From the NCBI GenBank assembly GCA_973895155.1, contig OZ316892.1, forward strand, positions 26,063,233 through 26,127,232: a DNA stretch of 64,000 nucleotides. The letters run 5' to 3'. Below are positions 51,991 to 64,000 of the stretch, piece after piece (positions within the stretch are counted from its first letter, which is position 1; each line of letters begins with the position of its first letter). The DNA comes from Marsupella aquatica. Its lineage: Eukaryota; Plantae; Marchantiophyta. A model generated the notes under the pieces. The model ran no database searches and was not told the origin of the DNA. It saw only the letters and a list, made by a program, of their open reading frames with translations. A program made the translations under genes and the position numbers.

Positions 51991-54900
51991 CTCTGGCAAG
52001 CCAATTTATCATGGCCTCAAGTAAGCTCAATTATCAATAGACAAATTCAGTTCAGAAGATGATGTGGAGTTTGAAAGCGCGAATTGCAGTCCAACTGTTA
52101 CATTTCATGGCATTTCTTATGACACCAATCCATTCACTTTGCTATGCTTAGGAACTTCCAAGAGACATACCGAGTCATTTTTCCAGGCAAAGTTGAAAAC
52201 CCTCTGGCAAATAGAGCAAAGGAAAAAAAGACTGAAAAATATTGCCACTAGTTTGCAAGATGTTATACACTACTTTGGGTGAGTTTCTTGACAAACAGTA
52301 GTCAATGGCAAATCAAAAATTATCCGTGCTTGAAAGAAAGCCTCTATAGACATGAAGGTAGGTTATGGAGACTCAAATGACTAAATTCTAGCCACAGTGT
52401 GACAAAATAACAAAACAGGGAGAAAAGTACACTGAAAATGCTGTAAACAACCCTATTAAAATTATAATGCAATGTCCCGTCACTTTTCACAATGGTCATC
52501 TTAGGAATTTGCAGGGCCCAAAAATGGGTAGGAAACAAAACTGGGCCAACAAAAAATGGGTACAAAACAAAACAAAACAAAACAACGAAGAGTCATAATG
52601 AAATTGGAAAATGGAGGCACCAAGACGCTATAAAAATGGGAGGGGATCGAGGAGAAAAGGGAGGAGGAGAATCAACAATACTCTCGCCACCCAGGCCATG
52701 GTCCTGCTATGGTCCCCTCATGTCAATCATGACATTATGGTTTGCAACATTTGTTAAAGATTATATACACATAGTGAAATCATTCTATTATGGTGTTAAG
52801 AGGGCCATTGTGCCATTTTCCTTATGGAAGCCCATATAGAAACTATTTTTAGTTCCCTTGACTTCTGCCCCAAATGCCTGCCCTAGACCTCTACTCATCT
52901 TTCGCTCTCTCATGGACATGCACCATGCACAGAAACTACCTTATTTAAAGAAGAACTTATCCTACATAAAGACAATCATGACACAATCAATGAAATTTTA
53001 GGTGCAATAATCTCTTTGTGTAATTATTTTTTTAACGCAACAACATCTTTTATGCTTTTACATCAACAATATCTTCTCCACAACGTCATCTTTTATGCAA
53101 TGACCTCTTTTGTGGAACTGCATTGATTTGGCATCTTCGGTCTTTTATGGATCTACATCTTCTGAATAAGATTTTGTATGCATGATCTACATCTTGTAAG
53201 CAACAAAATTATTTGTACAGTGCACTGGTATGAACTAGTGGGAATATAATAATTATTTGTACAGTGCACTGGTATTGAACTAGTGTGAATATAATGTTCG
53301 GCTGGTTTATGTCTATGAGGGTTCTATGGGTCTATTTGAGCACCTTTTAAACTTTTGCACCTCGCAAAAATAACGAAAAATATTGCCAACTAGACAGTAC
53401 TGAATAGTGCAAAGGGTGCATTATTGAATCGCACTTGAATGAGTTGCCATGAAAGGACAACTTACTCAGGGACTTACGGATAGCTCGCGAGAAGAAGACC
53501 TCACATAAGTTGAAGGTTTAAGGCAATAAACATAGTTATGAGAGTTGTTGGGAACAAGACATGTCACTCGATTAGAACTTGCCTTTTAACAAAATACACT
53601 TACTATTTCATCATTTCATGAACTGGTCAAGGAGCGAGGCCTCTCGTGTGCGGTCAACATTTCCCATTTTCCCTCCATTCCTCTGAAACGTTTCTGGCAT
53701 TTATGATATTTCCTCGTTTCCCTCCATTCCGATTCAGGCTTTCCAATTTATTAGATTTTCCAATATTGTTTTTTGGGGACAAAATCGCCTCAGAGCAACC
53801 TGCGCAATTTTCTACTGTTACTGGAACTGGAAAAGGGTCATATCCATAGACCCGTCAATAAATTTTATTGACGCGTCCCAATTTATTCAATTTCCCTTTT
53901 TTCTCATTGTTTTGGGAAATGGGTACATCAGATCCAGAGAAAACTGTCAACAAATTCTTCAGTAAAGCACTAAAGCTGTCGTTCTGTAGCTGGGAAAGGA
54001 CACTAACAATAACTCCAAAGAGTGATAAAAAATACTTTCATGCTGTAGCTAAGAAAGGACACTCTTAAAAAAATATTAAATATAAGGGAGTGCTTGATGT
54101 CTGAATACGCAATCTACAAGTGTACAGAATGGATTGGTTTAATGTTGTGCAAATAGTATTGCAGGGCATGGTGTTTGCCTAGGAGAATATTGTAAGAGCC
54201 TATAGACAATTGATGTTTCCCCACCCTGGTCACACTCTTGGTCATGTAAAATGACCTTGGGTAGATAAGCACGGGAGTACCTTCTCTTTGTATTTTTGTT
54301 GTGTCTCATCTCCTCTATTTAAGCCATTGTACAGCCTAGAACCTATGTTGTGCTATTGCCCGCCTTGTGCTTCAAGCTCTCTAAAACACTGCCACTCTTT
54401 CAAGTCTAGATGCTTATCTCCCATGAAGCACTTGCAACTCACCCTCTGTGTTCCTTATACACACAATGGGAAAATGTAAAGTTGTAATGATCTTGGCAGA
54501 GAATAGTAGAATGGTATTCACACTTTGTTCATATAAAGCTCAGGAAAGGATTTAACTTGGCCCCTCTAGCATCTTGTGGATTTGATTGAGCACAAAGATG
54601 GATTCAGCCCTTGATCACACCCTTTGGATTGTGGGCTATGTCAAAAATCCAAAAAAATACACTATCTCCACAGTGGTCCTTGTTGGGTCTATTTCTGCAG
54701 TACAGGGTGCCAACACTTGACTTGGGGCGCCACTTAATTAGTGACATTCTGACAATACCAACAGCCACATAGTGACTGCCATAGCTGCTGCCCCACCTCA
54801 CAAGGAGCTTTTCAAAATTTAAACCAATTTGGTATTTTTTTGTAAGGTGTGTACATTTTAATCATGGTAGTTATTATGACCGATCTCACTCAAATTAAAA

Positions 54901-55199
54901 AGGTTTGGGGGTTTAAAGTTTAAATCTATCACCACCATAACATAACGTGTTGTGCAATCTCCCTGACAGTCAGCCTGCATTGTGCATTATAGTCACTTTT
55001 GGCATGCACTCCACTCATGTTCATTGGGATTTTCCTTCGCATGCAATCCATCTCATGTTTATGTTTATGATGATAGTCACCTTTCGCACTCACCTGCTAA
55101 ATTTCGAGATTGAAAGTAATGCAAGAAGACGGCCAAATAATGCCAAGTGCTTGGGTCAAAGCGCTCATAAACAATTGAGCCTTTTGGTCACGGACTGGA

Positions 55200-56015
55200 T
55201 TTATGAGAGGTTCAAAAGAAAAACGAAAAAACTATGGGAGCTTCACTTTGGTTAACAACCCTTCTGCTGTACACTGGTCACTAATAATGAGAGCTTCAAA
55301 CCGAAAAGACAAATATACATATATTAGCTTCATTTGGTTAACAACACCTAATCTATGAGAGCTTCAACAGAAAAAGCCAAAAAGGGAAAATCTTTGGGAA
55401 AATCCCTTTCTACTGTGCATTGATCACTCATCTATGAGTGCTTCAAACCGAAAAGAAGCCTCTATTGTAGCTTCATTTGGTTAATAACCCTTAACCTATG
55501 AGAGCTTCAGCAGAAAAGGGGGAAATCTTGGGGAGCTTCAATTTGGCTAACAACCCCTTCTACTGTGCATTGCTCACTCATCTATGACAGCTCCAAACCG
55601 AAAAGAAAGCCCTGTGTTAGCTTCATTTGGTTAACGACCCTTAGCCTATAAGAGCTCAAGCAGAAAATGGGGAAATCTAGGGGAGCTTCAACTTGGTTAA
55701 CAACCCCTTCTACTTTGCATTAGTCACCAATCTATAAGCGCTTCAACAGAAAACGAAAACTCTATTTTAGCTTCATTTGGTTAACAACCTTTAAACTATG
55801 ACTCTATGAGAGCTTCAGCCGAAAAAGGGGAAATCTGGGGAGCTTCAATTTGGGTAACAACCTCTTTTACTGTGCATTGGTCACAGACCTAATCTATAAG
55901 AGCTTCAAACGGAAGAAAAGGAAGAAATAGCTTCATTTGGTTAACAACCCCTAACCTATGAGAGCTTCAACAGAAAATGGGGAAATCTATGGGAGCATCA
56001 ATTGGTTAACAACGC
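55200..56015. repeat. Tandem array with ~150-bp higher-order unit made of two ~70-80-bp related monomers
   Basis: 'tatgagagcttca..gaaaa..agcttca(t/a)ttggttaacaaccc' recurs about 11 times, alternating two variants. Confidence 0.88.
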
Positions 56016-56914
56016 CTTCTGGATCCAAAATGAGGAGCACATACGTCCAAACCCCTAAATGGCAGCAGTGCAATAGCTAGGCTTCCCTAACTTTTGAGAC
56101 CATAGTGGCCCCAAGACAGCTTCAACCAGTCGTTAAGTGACTAGAGTCTGCAGTACAGATGAGCTCCCAAAGACTTGGGGACATGTAGGCCTTCAATCTA
56201 GGTGCACATTCCAATAGGGCTTATCCCTTTTTCCTCAACCATTTTGCTTCTTTTTTTGGGCACTTTTTGTAAGTGCAAAGAGGGCTGCATTAATCCACAG
56301 ATGTATAAGTGCAAAGCCCTTATAAGAGTTTATGCCCACCTATCAGTAAGCACACAATTCCTTTCAGTTACAAGTAGTGATAAGGGCAGGTCATTTTGTC
56401 ATAGAGTAAAATTTGCAAGGTAGGGGATTAGTTTTAGGGTTGGAATGTTCAATTTACGAAGGAAGTCAAGAGAATGTGGCTTACAAATGGCCCATTATCT
56501 GTACATTCTTATGGATAAATGCAAATTCCAAGTATTTGCAGGTATGTCGTAAATCCGAACGTAAATCTTGTTTGGTACAAAGGTTACCCGGCAGGTAACC
56601 ATTTCTATCACACTCTCCTATTCTCAGAATTTAGTGCCCTAACATACATAGCGGGACAACCTTTTTACAAACAATATTTATGTATGGTAATCCAGGTCTG
56701 GGCTGGGTTTTAGTCTGTAACCCTGCTACATGGATGTTCAAAAAAGCTTCCCGGCTGCCTACGGTCAGCTTATTCTCACATTCTGGATGCAAGGTTACGG
56801 CCCAGTAACCCCTAACCATACATTGGTTATCCTATACAAAATGCAAATGCTCATTGAGTGCACACCATAGGCTTCTTCAGCAAGTGTGCACTTAGAAAGA
56901 GGTCATTGTGCTAA

Positions 56915-57870
56915 GAGTATCTCCAATGGTGGGGTCAAATGAATCAATAACTGCTTAAAGGAGGATATAGTGGATGATTCTGGAGGGATGGTTTCCCAAT
57001 GGTGGACCCTGTCCCAGCAGTTCCACTTTGGAGAGTCTAGAGGTCAAAGAATAGAGACCTGTCCTCGATTCCCATCTAAGTATGAAGAGATTCCACCACA
57101 TGTCACAAGATTGTGGTATACACTTAAGATTTTGAAGATGTGAATGCCAACACTTCACTTTGGAGAGGATAATAGTCAAAGATAGGGGGACCGCTAAAGA
57201 CTGAATTTAAAATGAGGGCTTTGCTAATTTTTGGGCCTCCAAAGGATGGACCCTAAATTTGGAGAGGTACAGTGGTCAAAGATAGGGGAATCTGCTAGTG
57301 ACTGAATCCAACATGGGGGCTTTGCCAATGGCTAATTTGAAGAGGTTAGGGTATATGGGAGAACCTCTAGTGACCAAATCCAACATGGGAGCTTAGCCTA
57401 TTTCCAGGCCTCTTAAGGATGGGCTAGAAATTTTGAGTAGACAGAGGTCACAGACAAAGGGGATAGCTAGTGAGTAAATCCCACATGGGGGCTTTGCTTA
57501 TATCCTGGCTGCCAAAGCATGGCTGCATTTGGAGAGGATGGAGGCAGTAAAGGGGAACTGCTAGTGACTGAATCCAACATGGAGGCTTTGCTAATTTCCG
57601 GCCCGCCAAAAGATGGCTAAATTTGGAAACAGATAGAGGTAGATAGGGGGAACCGCTTACTGACGGAATCCAACATGGCGGCGTTGCATATTTCCAGGCC
57701 TCCAAAGTACGGGCTAGATCCGGAGAGGAAAGAGATCAGCGATAGAGGGAACGGCTGGTGACTTGGTGAGGGAATCCAAGATGGGGGCGCTTTGGCTGAT
57801 ATTCAGGCCTCCAAAAAACAGGCCAAATTTAGCACTCATTCACTCAAGCCCTAAACCGTTGGAGATGCTC
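56915..57870. mobile_element. PIF/Harbinger non-autonomous element (Tourist-like), 956 bp, with an internal ~90-bp tandem array
   Basis: The structure is TAA|GAGTATCTCCAATGG ... CCGTTGGAGATGCTC|TAA: a GAGCATCTCCAA-type TIR with TAA TSD. The internal unit 'ctagtgactgaatccaacatgggggcttt' repeats about 7 times at 57180-57810. Confidence 0.9.
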
Positions 57871-60202
57871 TAACCCAAGGTTAACGTTAACGATCGGATT
57901 AGTGGTAACCCAGTTTCTGCCATTCACCCAACGGAAAGAGTTTTGCAGTTTGCACGATTGTAGAGGAACAGTGGTACAGTGCAGAGTACTCCAGACTCGT
58001 GTGATGCGAAGATCGAGAAAGTACCACAGTCGTTGTGTCCAGTATACTACTGAAGAGTGTCACTGACTGTCTGTGGAGGCGAGGATCTTCTCTGAGGGCT
58101 CTGAGCTTCTCAATCGATCCATCAATGCCAGAGCGCCCGCAAGCTGCACGCCATGCTTCGCGTCGCCGCTGCAGTGCTGCTGCTCCGACAAACGGATGGA
58201 GCTTTTCTGTTTGCTGGCTGGACTCCCCTGACAAGCAGACCAAACCAACATCAAACAGTAACTTGGCTACAGTGTGTATGATTGATTAATTGAGTGATTC
58301 AGCACTCCTGTCTCGGTGCATCGCTGCATCCTGCTGAGTCCTGAATTCTGATGCGGAGTGCTGATTCCTGACTGATCGGAATAATTTTTGTTACGAGGAA
58401 GCGATTCTCTGTGGCTCGCTCGCTCGCTCGCTCCACTGCTCCGGTTCTTCCGCTTGCTCATGTGGAGGAGTTATCTCCTTCGTGGTGCGTGGTGGTGACG
58501 GTGGACTGGTGGTGCTGCTGTTCGTGTGCGCTCTGAGCCTTCCCCGCATCTCCTAACTTAGTCATGTCGTCTTGAAACTTCGTGGGTAGCGCGCATGAAC
58601 AGAGAGGAGGGACATAGTCATCAATGGTCTCGAGAAAAGAAAGGAGAGGGAGCTGAGTTGAGTTGAGTTGAGTCGAGTCGAGTGGAGAGGAGAAGGGAAG
58701 AGAAGAGAGGATTGATGAGTCGTGGTCTGCTTCACTTATGATTGTGGGCGTTTTCAAGGCTTCTCGTCCACGGTGCTGCGATGCAGGAGGACTACGTGGA
58801 GGGACTTGACTCGTGAGGGAGCTCGTACCACTGGTGCTGCTGCTGGTTCTGGCCTCGTTATGAGATATGGAGAGCAGTGAACAACAACCGAAGTCGAGTG
58901 CCGCATGAGTCTCGCTGCCATTGATACATCCCTGGGAGCTATTACGAGACAATAAGCAGGAACGAGCGAGCAACGCGGTTGCGCAGAGAGTAAGTACGAG
59001 AATGGAACAGTCTGGCTGGGAATACCACTGTGGCGCTGTGGACCTCCTTGTCTTGAATGAACGTGTCTAGAGTGCGTGTCTTGAAGGCGTGTATTTAATG
59101 CTCCGTAAAAGCGCTTTGGAATGTGCTCACGTCATCTCGGAATTGGCAGCGTGACCCTTCTTGAACATGAATGTCTTGAATGCGGCTCTCCTGAAGGCAT
59201 CTTGAACATTTTTTGCCCCAATGATCGAGCGTGAGATTGTTTGGTGGGGTGGGAAGGCATATTATTATCAGCAATATCTGCCACTTTCTGTGTAACTCGG
59301 GCTTGTGGATGTGTACAGCTCCATGTCTGAAGAATCATGATGCTGGCGGCAAAACGATTTTTGTGGCTGGGGACAGAACCTTCAGTATAGGTTCGAATTG
59401 CCAATGATGGACATTGTCGCGGTGAGGTCTAACGAAGGCTTACAGGATACAGTGCTCGGTGAAGCTGAGAGAAGTAGAGCAGGCTGGCCATGCAGTTGAA
59501 AGAAGGAAGTCGGAAAGGAGTTAGCTCGGGCTTCTTCAAGGTGGACGAGACTCGAAAGTTTGACCAGGAGCTCTCCTCGGAGGAATTGTCACCGTAAGTG
59601 GATCGACTTAAAGAAGGCTAAGCCCGTCCTTGATAGCGAGCTGAGCCAGTCGAACGTGGCGATCTGGGAATTTGACAGTGCACCCTGCGAGCTATCAGAC
59701 CAGCAATCAGAAGTCCTAGGTACTACAGTGTTAGTGTAGGCCAAATTAGAGGTTTCGCACTCGATTTGTCGGTGCGACTGAACTGTTGGTGAAGAGCTTC
59801 CAAGCTGAAGGCAAGCCTCCCGGGTTCTGCCGCATTTCTTTTGTCACTCCTTTCCTTTGCTTCGTGGCGCTTGTAGTGACGTTGTAGGCATTGAAGTGTA
59901 TTCTCAGTGATTAGATCCCAGTGGAGGGCTCTTTGGAATCCATCTCTTTGCAGTGCCCAGAGAGGGTTATAGAGGCCTACGGTAAAGTGTTTGAAACTGT
60001 AGAGTTCAGCAGCAAAACCTTGGGGGTGACAGGTGACAGTTAATTCGTGAGCAAAGGATGCGAGTTGCTCATAACGGCTGCACAATACATGGCTTGAAAA
60101 TGTCGCTAGATTTCGGTCTTCCCACGCGCAGTACAAAGGGGAGCAGCGCCACAGCAGCTTGTTGCCAATTCTGCAGCTGATGAGGGATCATTTGATCCAA
60201 TC

Positions 60203-63200
60203 ATGAGAGAGTCATCAGCAAACGCTGACATGGCGCTCTTAAGGAAATCACGTCCTACTGCTCGGAAGTCTCCGTATTCACCTATTTCACAGCATTGTAA
60301 AAACGTTCGGGTAGCGACTGGAGGCTTGCTATGGGTTTCATGTCTGGTGCATTTACTTCTTGGCGGAGTGTCAAGCGCAAGGGCAGTGCCGCTCATCAGC
60401 GACGATGTAATGGCTCTGCTGGTTTTCAAGGGCGGACTCAGCGATCCCAACTCGGTGCTTAGTTCTTGGAATGACAACGACTCCAACCCATGCAAGTGGA
60501 ATGGAGTTATCTGCAGACCGAGCAGTGGCAGAGTCACACAGTTGAATCTGGTAGGACTCTCTCTGTCAGGGTCAATCGGGAGAGCTCTGCTGAAGCTAGA
60601 CCAGCTGGAGAGTGTCAACTTGGCTTATAACAACTTCTCCGGCATCATCAACCCAGAGCTTGCCCAGATTCCAAAGCTGGGATCGATGAACTTTAGTCAC
60701 AACGCCCTCAGCGGTACCATACCGTCCGAATTTGGCAATGCTGGAAGCCTCTACTCCCTTGATCTGTCCAACAATGGTCTCTCGGGACCACTCCCTCCGC
60801 AGATCTTTTCAAACGATTGCCAGAGCTTGCGGTACATCTCCGTGGCTAATAACCGGCTTGAGGGCCCGATACCTCTCTCCGTTGGCTCTTGCTTGGAACT
60901 GCAGGAACTGAACTTCTCTTCTAATTCTTTCTCTGGGGAAATTCCGGACGGAATTTGGGCTCTGGCAGGTTTGCAACTTATGGACCTTTCCTACAATTCT
61001 CTCTCCGGCCAAATTCCAGTGGGTGTTGGTTTCTTGACCAATCTGACTTCCCTGAGTCTCCAGGGAAATGGCTTTTCAGGGCAAGTCCCCTCAGAGCTTG
61101 GCAACTGTGGGCTCCTGCAGGAACTGGTTCTGAACTCGAACCACTTCTCTGGCGAGCTGCCTCTCCAGCTGGGCAACTTGAGGTTTCTCAAGGTACTTGA
61201 CGTGGGTTGGAACTATTTATCCGGTAGCATCCCGTCTTGGCTCTTCAACATGATATATTTGACGTCGCTCAATTTGGCCGGGAACCAATTTGGAGGCCAG
61301 ATCCCTTCGTCTTTCCGGTCCCTGCAGACGCTGGAGAACATCGACCTCAGTTGGAATAACCTCTCTGGGAACATTCCCCTCGAGCTGACTACTCTTCATA
61401 GCCTCCGGGTGATCCGTCTGTCCAACAATTTCTTCACTGGAGGTGTTCCCGATTACTCTTCAAATGGCGGCTGTCAAAATCTACAGTGGCTGGACCTATC
61501 TCACAATGGCCTTTCCGGTGCTGTTCCCCCCAATCTTTCGTCCTGCTCCAGCCTCCACTATTTGAGCTTATCCGGAAACATGCTAACGTCGTATGTTCCT
61601 GACTTCGATTCTCTGCCTTTTCTGGCTGTCCTTGACCTCAGCGACAACTATCTGATCGGCACCATTCCCGCCAGCTTAGGAAACGCTCCTTCAACTCGAA
61701 TATTGCGGCTGAATGGCAATTCTCTCAATGGCTCCTTGCCAGGCGAGCTTGGCAATGCGACTTCTCTTGTAGACTTGTAAGTTGGCTTTCGTCGTCTCGT
61801 TTCTTTCCATATTGTACCTTGCTAGATGTTAGTTGAGTGAAGTTGGTGCGTCTGCCATGCTGATAAAAGAGCAAATTCGGAGGACGCGTAGGTTGAACGG
61901 GATGCGTATGAACAAAGATGAAACCCCTTCGGTATCTCGTGAAAATCGTGCCATCAAGAACTGAACACGGGGTACTCCCTACCTCTCTCAGCAGCTGCGA
62001 ACGTACCCCGTAAATGCAACGGAACGTAACTGGGTGCTCCTTGAGGGCATCTACAGGAACAGTTGAACGCAAGTCGATATACTCACAATGATGGTAGCTG
62101 TGATGTTTTCTGAATGCCGGCCGTCTCACTGCTGTCTTGCACTGTAACAGGAATATTGCTCAAAACAATTTGACAGGACCGATTCCGAACGATTTAGGCC
62201 GGCTCGTAAACCTGGAGTTTCTGGACCTCTCGATCAATTTCTTAACGGGACAGATACCAGACGATCTGAGCCAACTGCAAAATCTTCAGGCGATAAACGT
62301 CTCTCATAATCAATTGCAGGGTCCTATACCCACTGGTGGTGTCTTTAATCATACGAACACCTCTGCGTTTGACCAGAATACGGGGCTCTGTGGATCAGCT
62401 GTCAACCTCTCGTGTTCAACATTTCCCAACCCACTCATCATAAATCCAAACGACCCGAATTCACAGCCAGGAGGCCTCTCTCCCCTGTTCAAGAGCAAGA
62501 GAAGTCAGACTATATTGAGCGTCTCGGCTATTACGTCTATTTCGGCTGCAGCGGCTATTGCATTGGGAGTGATTATGGTTACTTTATTGAACATGTACGC
62601 CCAGACGAGGCGCAGGTCGAATGTCTGCACCGTCGACAGCGATCCTCAATCTCCAAATACCGCTGAGATGGCAATGGGGAAATTGGTGATGTTCACTCGG
62701 AAAAGTGACCTCAAGTCGGATGACTGGATGACAAGCACACACGCAATATTCAACAAAGATTGTGAGATTGGCAGGGGCGGTTTTGGTACCGTGTTCAAAG
62801 CCGTTTTGGCGCATGGCGAGACTGTTGCTGTGAAGAAGCTGATGGTGGGGAGCCTTGTTAAGACCCGCGACGATTTTGAAAAGGTCGTTCATATGCTCGG
62901 AAATGTTAGGCACCCACATCTTGTAAGCTTGCAAGGCTATTACTGGACAGAGCAACTACAGCTTCTGGTCTATGACTACCTTCAGAATGGTAATTTGTAC
63001 AGCCAACTGCACGAAAGGCGAGAAGATGAGCCCCCATTGAGCTGGCGCGTGAGATTTAAGATTGCCCTAGGTACAGCTAACGGGCTTGCTCACCTTCACC
63101 ATGGATGTACCCCACAACTCATACATTACGATGTGAAGTCCACCAATATTCTACTTGACCAAGCGTATGAGGCACGTCTATCAGATTACTCTCTCGCCAA

Positions 63201-63606
63201 GCTTCTACCAAAGCTGGACTCCTACGTGATGAGCAGTAAAATGCAGAGTGCCTTGGGCTATATGGCACCAGAGTTTGCATGTCAAAGCCTGAAAATTACA
63301 GAAAAGTGCGATGTGTATGGGTTCGGAGTTTTGCTGCTGGAGCTTGTTACAGGACGACGGCCCGTAGAATATATGGAAGATGATGTTGTAATATTGTGTG
63401 ACTTTGTACGTGCTCTGCTGGACGAAGGTCGGGCCCTTTCCTGTGTTGACCCGAAGCTTCGCCTTTTCCCTGAAGACGAAGTTCTTCCCATCATCAAACT
63501 TGGTCTTATTTGCACATCACAAGTTCCTTCGAATCGCCCTTCCATGGCAGAAGTTGTGCAGATTTTGGAGCTCATCAGGCCTCTGGTCGAAAGTCGAGGT
63601 TCTTAA
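60203..63606 (+). CDS. Leucine-rich-repeat receptor-like kinase, LRR-VII (IRK/PXC2-like), ~1009 aa; exons 60203-61776 and 62151-63606
   Basis: It has a signal peptide, an LRRNT cap (SDDVMALLVFK..DP..LSSW..PCKWNGVIC), plant LRRs and a TM helix after LSVSAITSISAA. The kinase has GKLVMF, NKDCEIGRGGFG, HYDVKSTN and SSKMQSALGYMAPEFAC. The splice TT|gtaagt..aacag|G restores the frame. Confidence 0.95.
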
Positions 63607-64000
63607 AGGAAGCTGTAATTTTGCGATGAGTTTCATTTCGGTCCTGCTCGCTGGGGGGTTCAAAGGGAAGTATATTTTGATTTCTTTGAGCCGAAGCAGC
63701 TGGACGCCATCTAGAGAATGCCATTTAGTCAGTTCACAGGGACGTCTACAACTAATCTGGTGCCTGGGCTTTGAATTGAGTAGTTAACCGGGTAAGAGCC
63801 TTCAAGCGCTGTGAAGACAATCTACGCTGGAATTTCTCCTTCAAAGCACATGCACCTTCATTGATTCAATGCCACTAGAAGTGGTTCCAAAATAGCATGC
63901 AGCAGCTAGCAACGTAACTAGTTCTTGGTGGAGCTGCCAAATTGTGGAGGGTGCTTGTTGCAGAGTTGAGACTGTAATGTACGTTTTGCCATCAGTTCAG

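Noticed and set aside
55200-56015. CRISPR-like periodic repeat
   Set aside because: The spacers are themselves repeated, the context is eukaryotic and there are no cas genes. It is an ordinary tandem array; the same applies to 50595-50727 and 345-495.
58458-58973. 171-aa minus-strand ORF
   Set aside because: It is Ser-rich, antisense to a GA-rich leader-like region upstream of the kinase, has a non-ATG start and shows no domain.
60106-63575. Antisense ORFs over the kinase (and similarly over the PPR and ALP1-like genes)
   Set aside because: They are shadow ORFs of real coding sequence.

Overview
This is eukaryotic land-plant nuclear DNA with GT-AG introns; a bryophyte (moss-like) origin is my inference from the gene families and style. 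Three genes look intact: a thaumatin-like protein (minus, 23009-24281), a domesticated Harbinger/ALP1-like gene (plus, 46646-50377) and an LRR receptor-like kinase (plus, 60203-63606). The first ~21 kb is a rearranged pseudogene cluster. A Wss1/WLM metalloprotease gene has exon 1 on the plus strand (2625-2794) and its phase-matching exons 2-4 on the minus strand 17 kb away. Between them is a ~12 kb block bounded by ~790-bp inverted repeats, holding a decayed PLS-DYW RNA-editing PPR gene, a MULE SWIM remnant and a convergent DUF1917 pseudogene. Next comes a thaumatin paralog fragment that ends in a self-templated fold-back hairpin. The middle is TE-rich: MITEs, a Copia-type solo LTR, tandem repeats, and a decayed gene built from tandemly duplicated phase-0 mini-exons. 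A diverged copy of the kinase 5' leader and first codons sits upstream of the ALP1-like gene. All alignments and family calls were made by eye; no searches were run.
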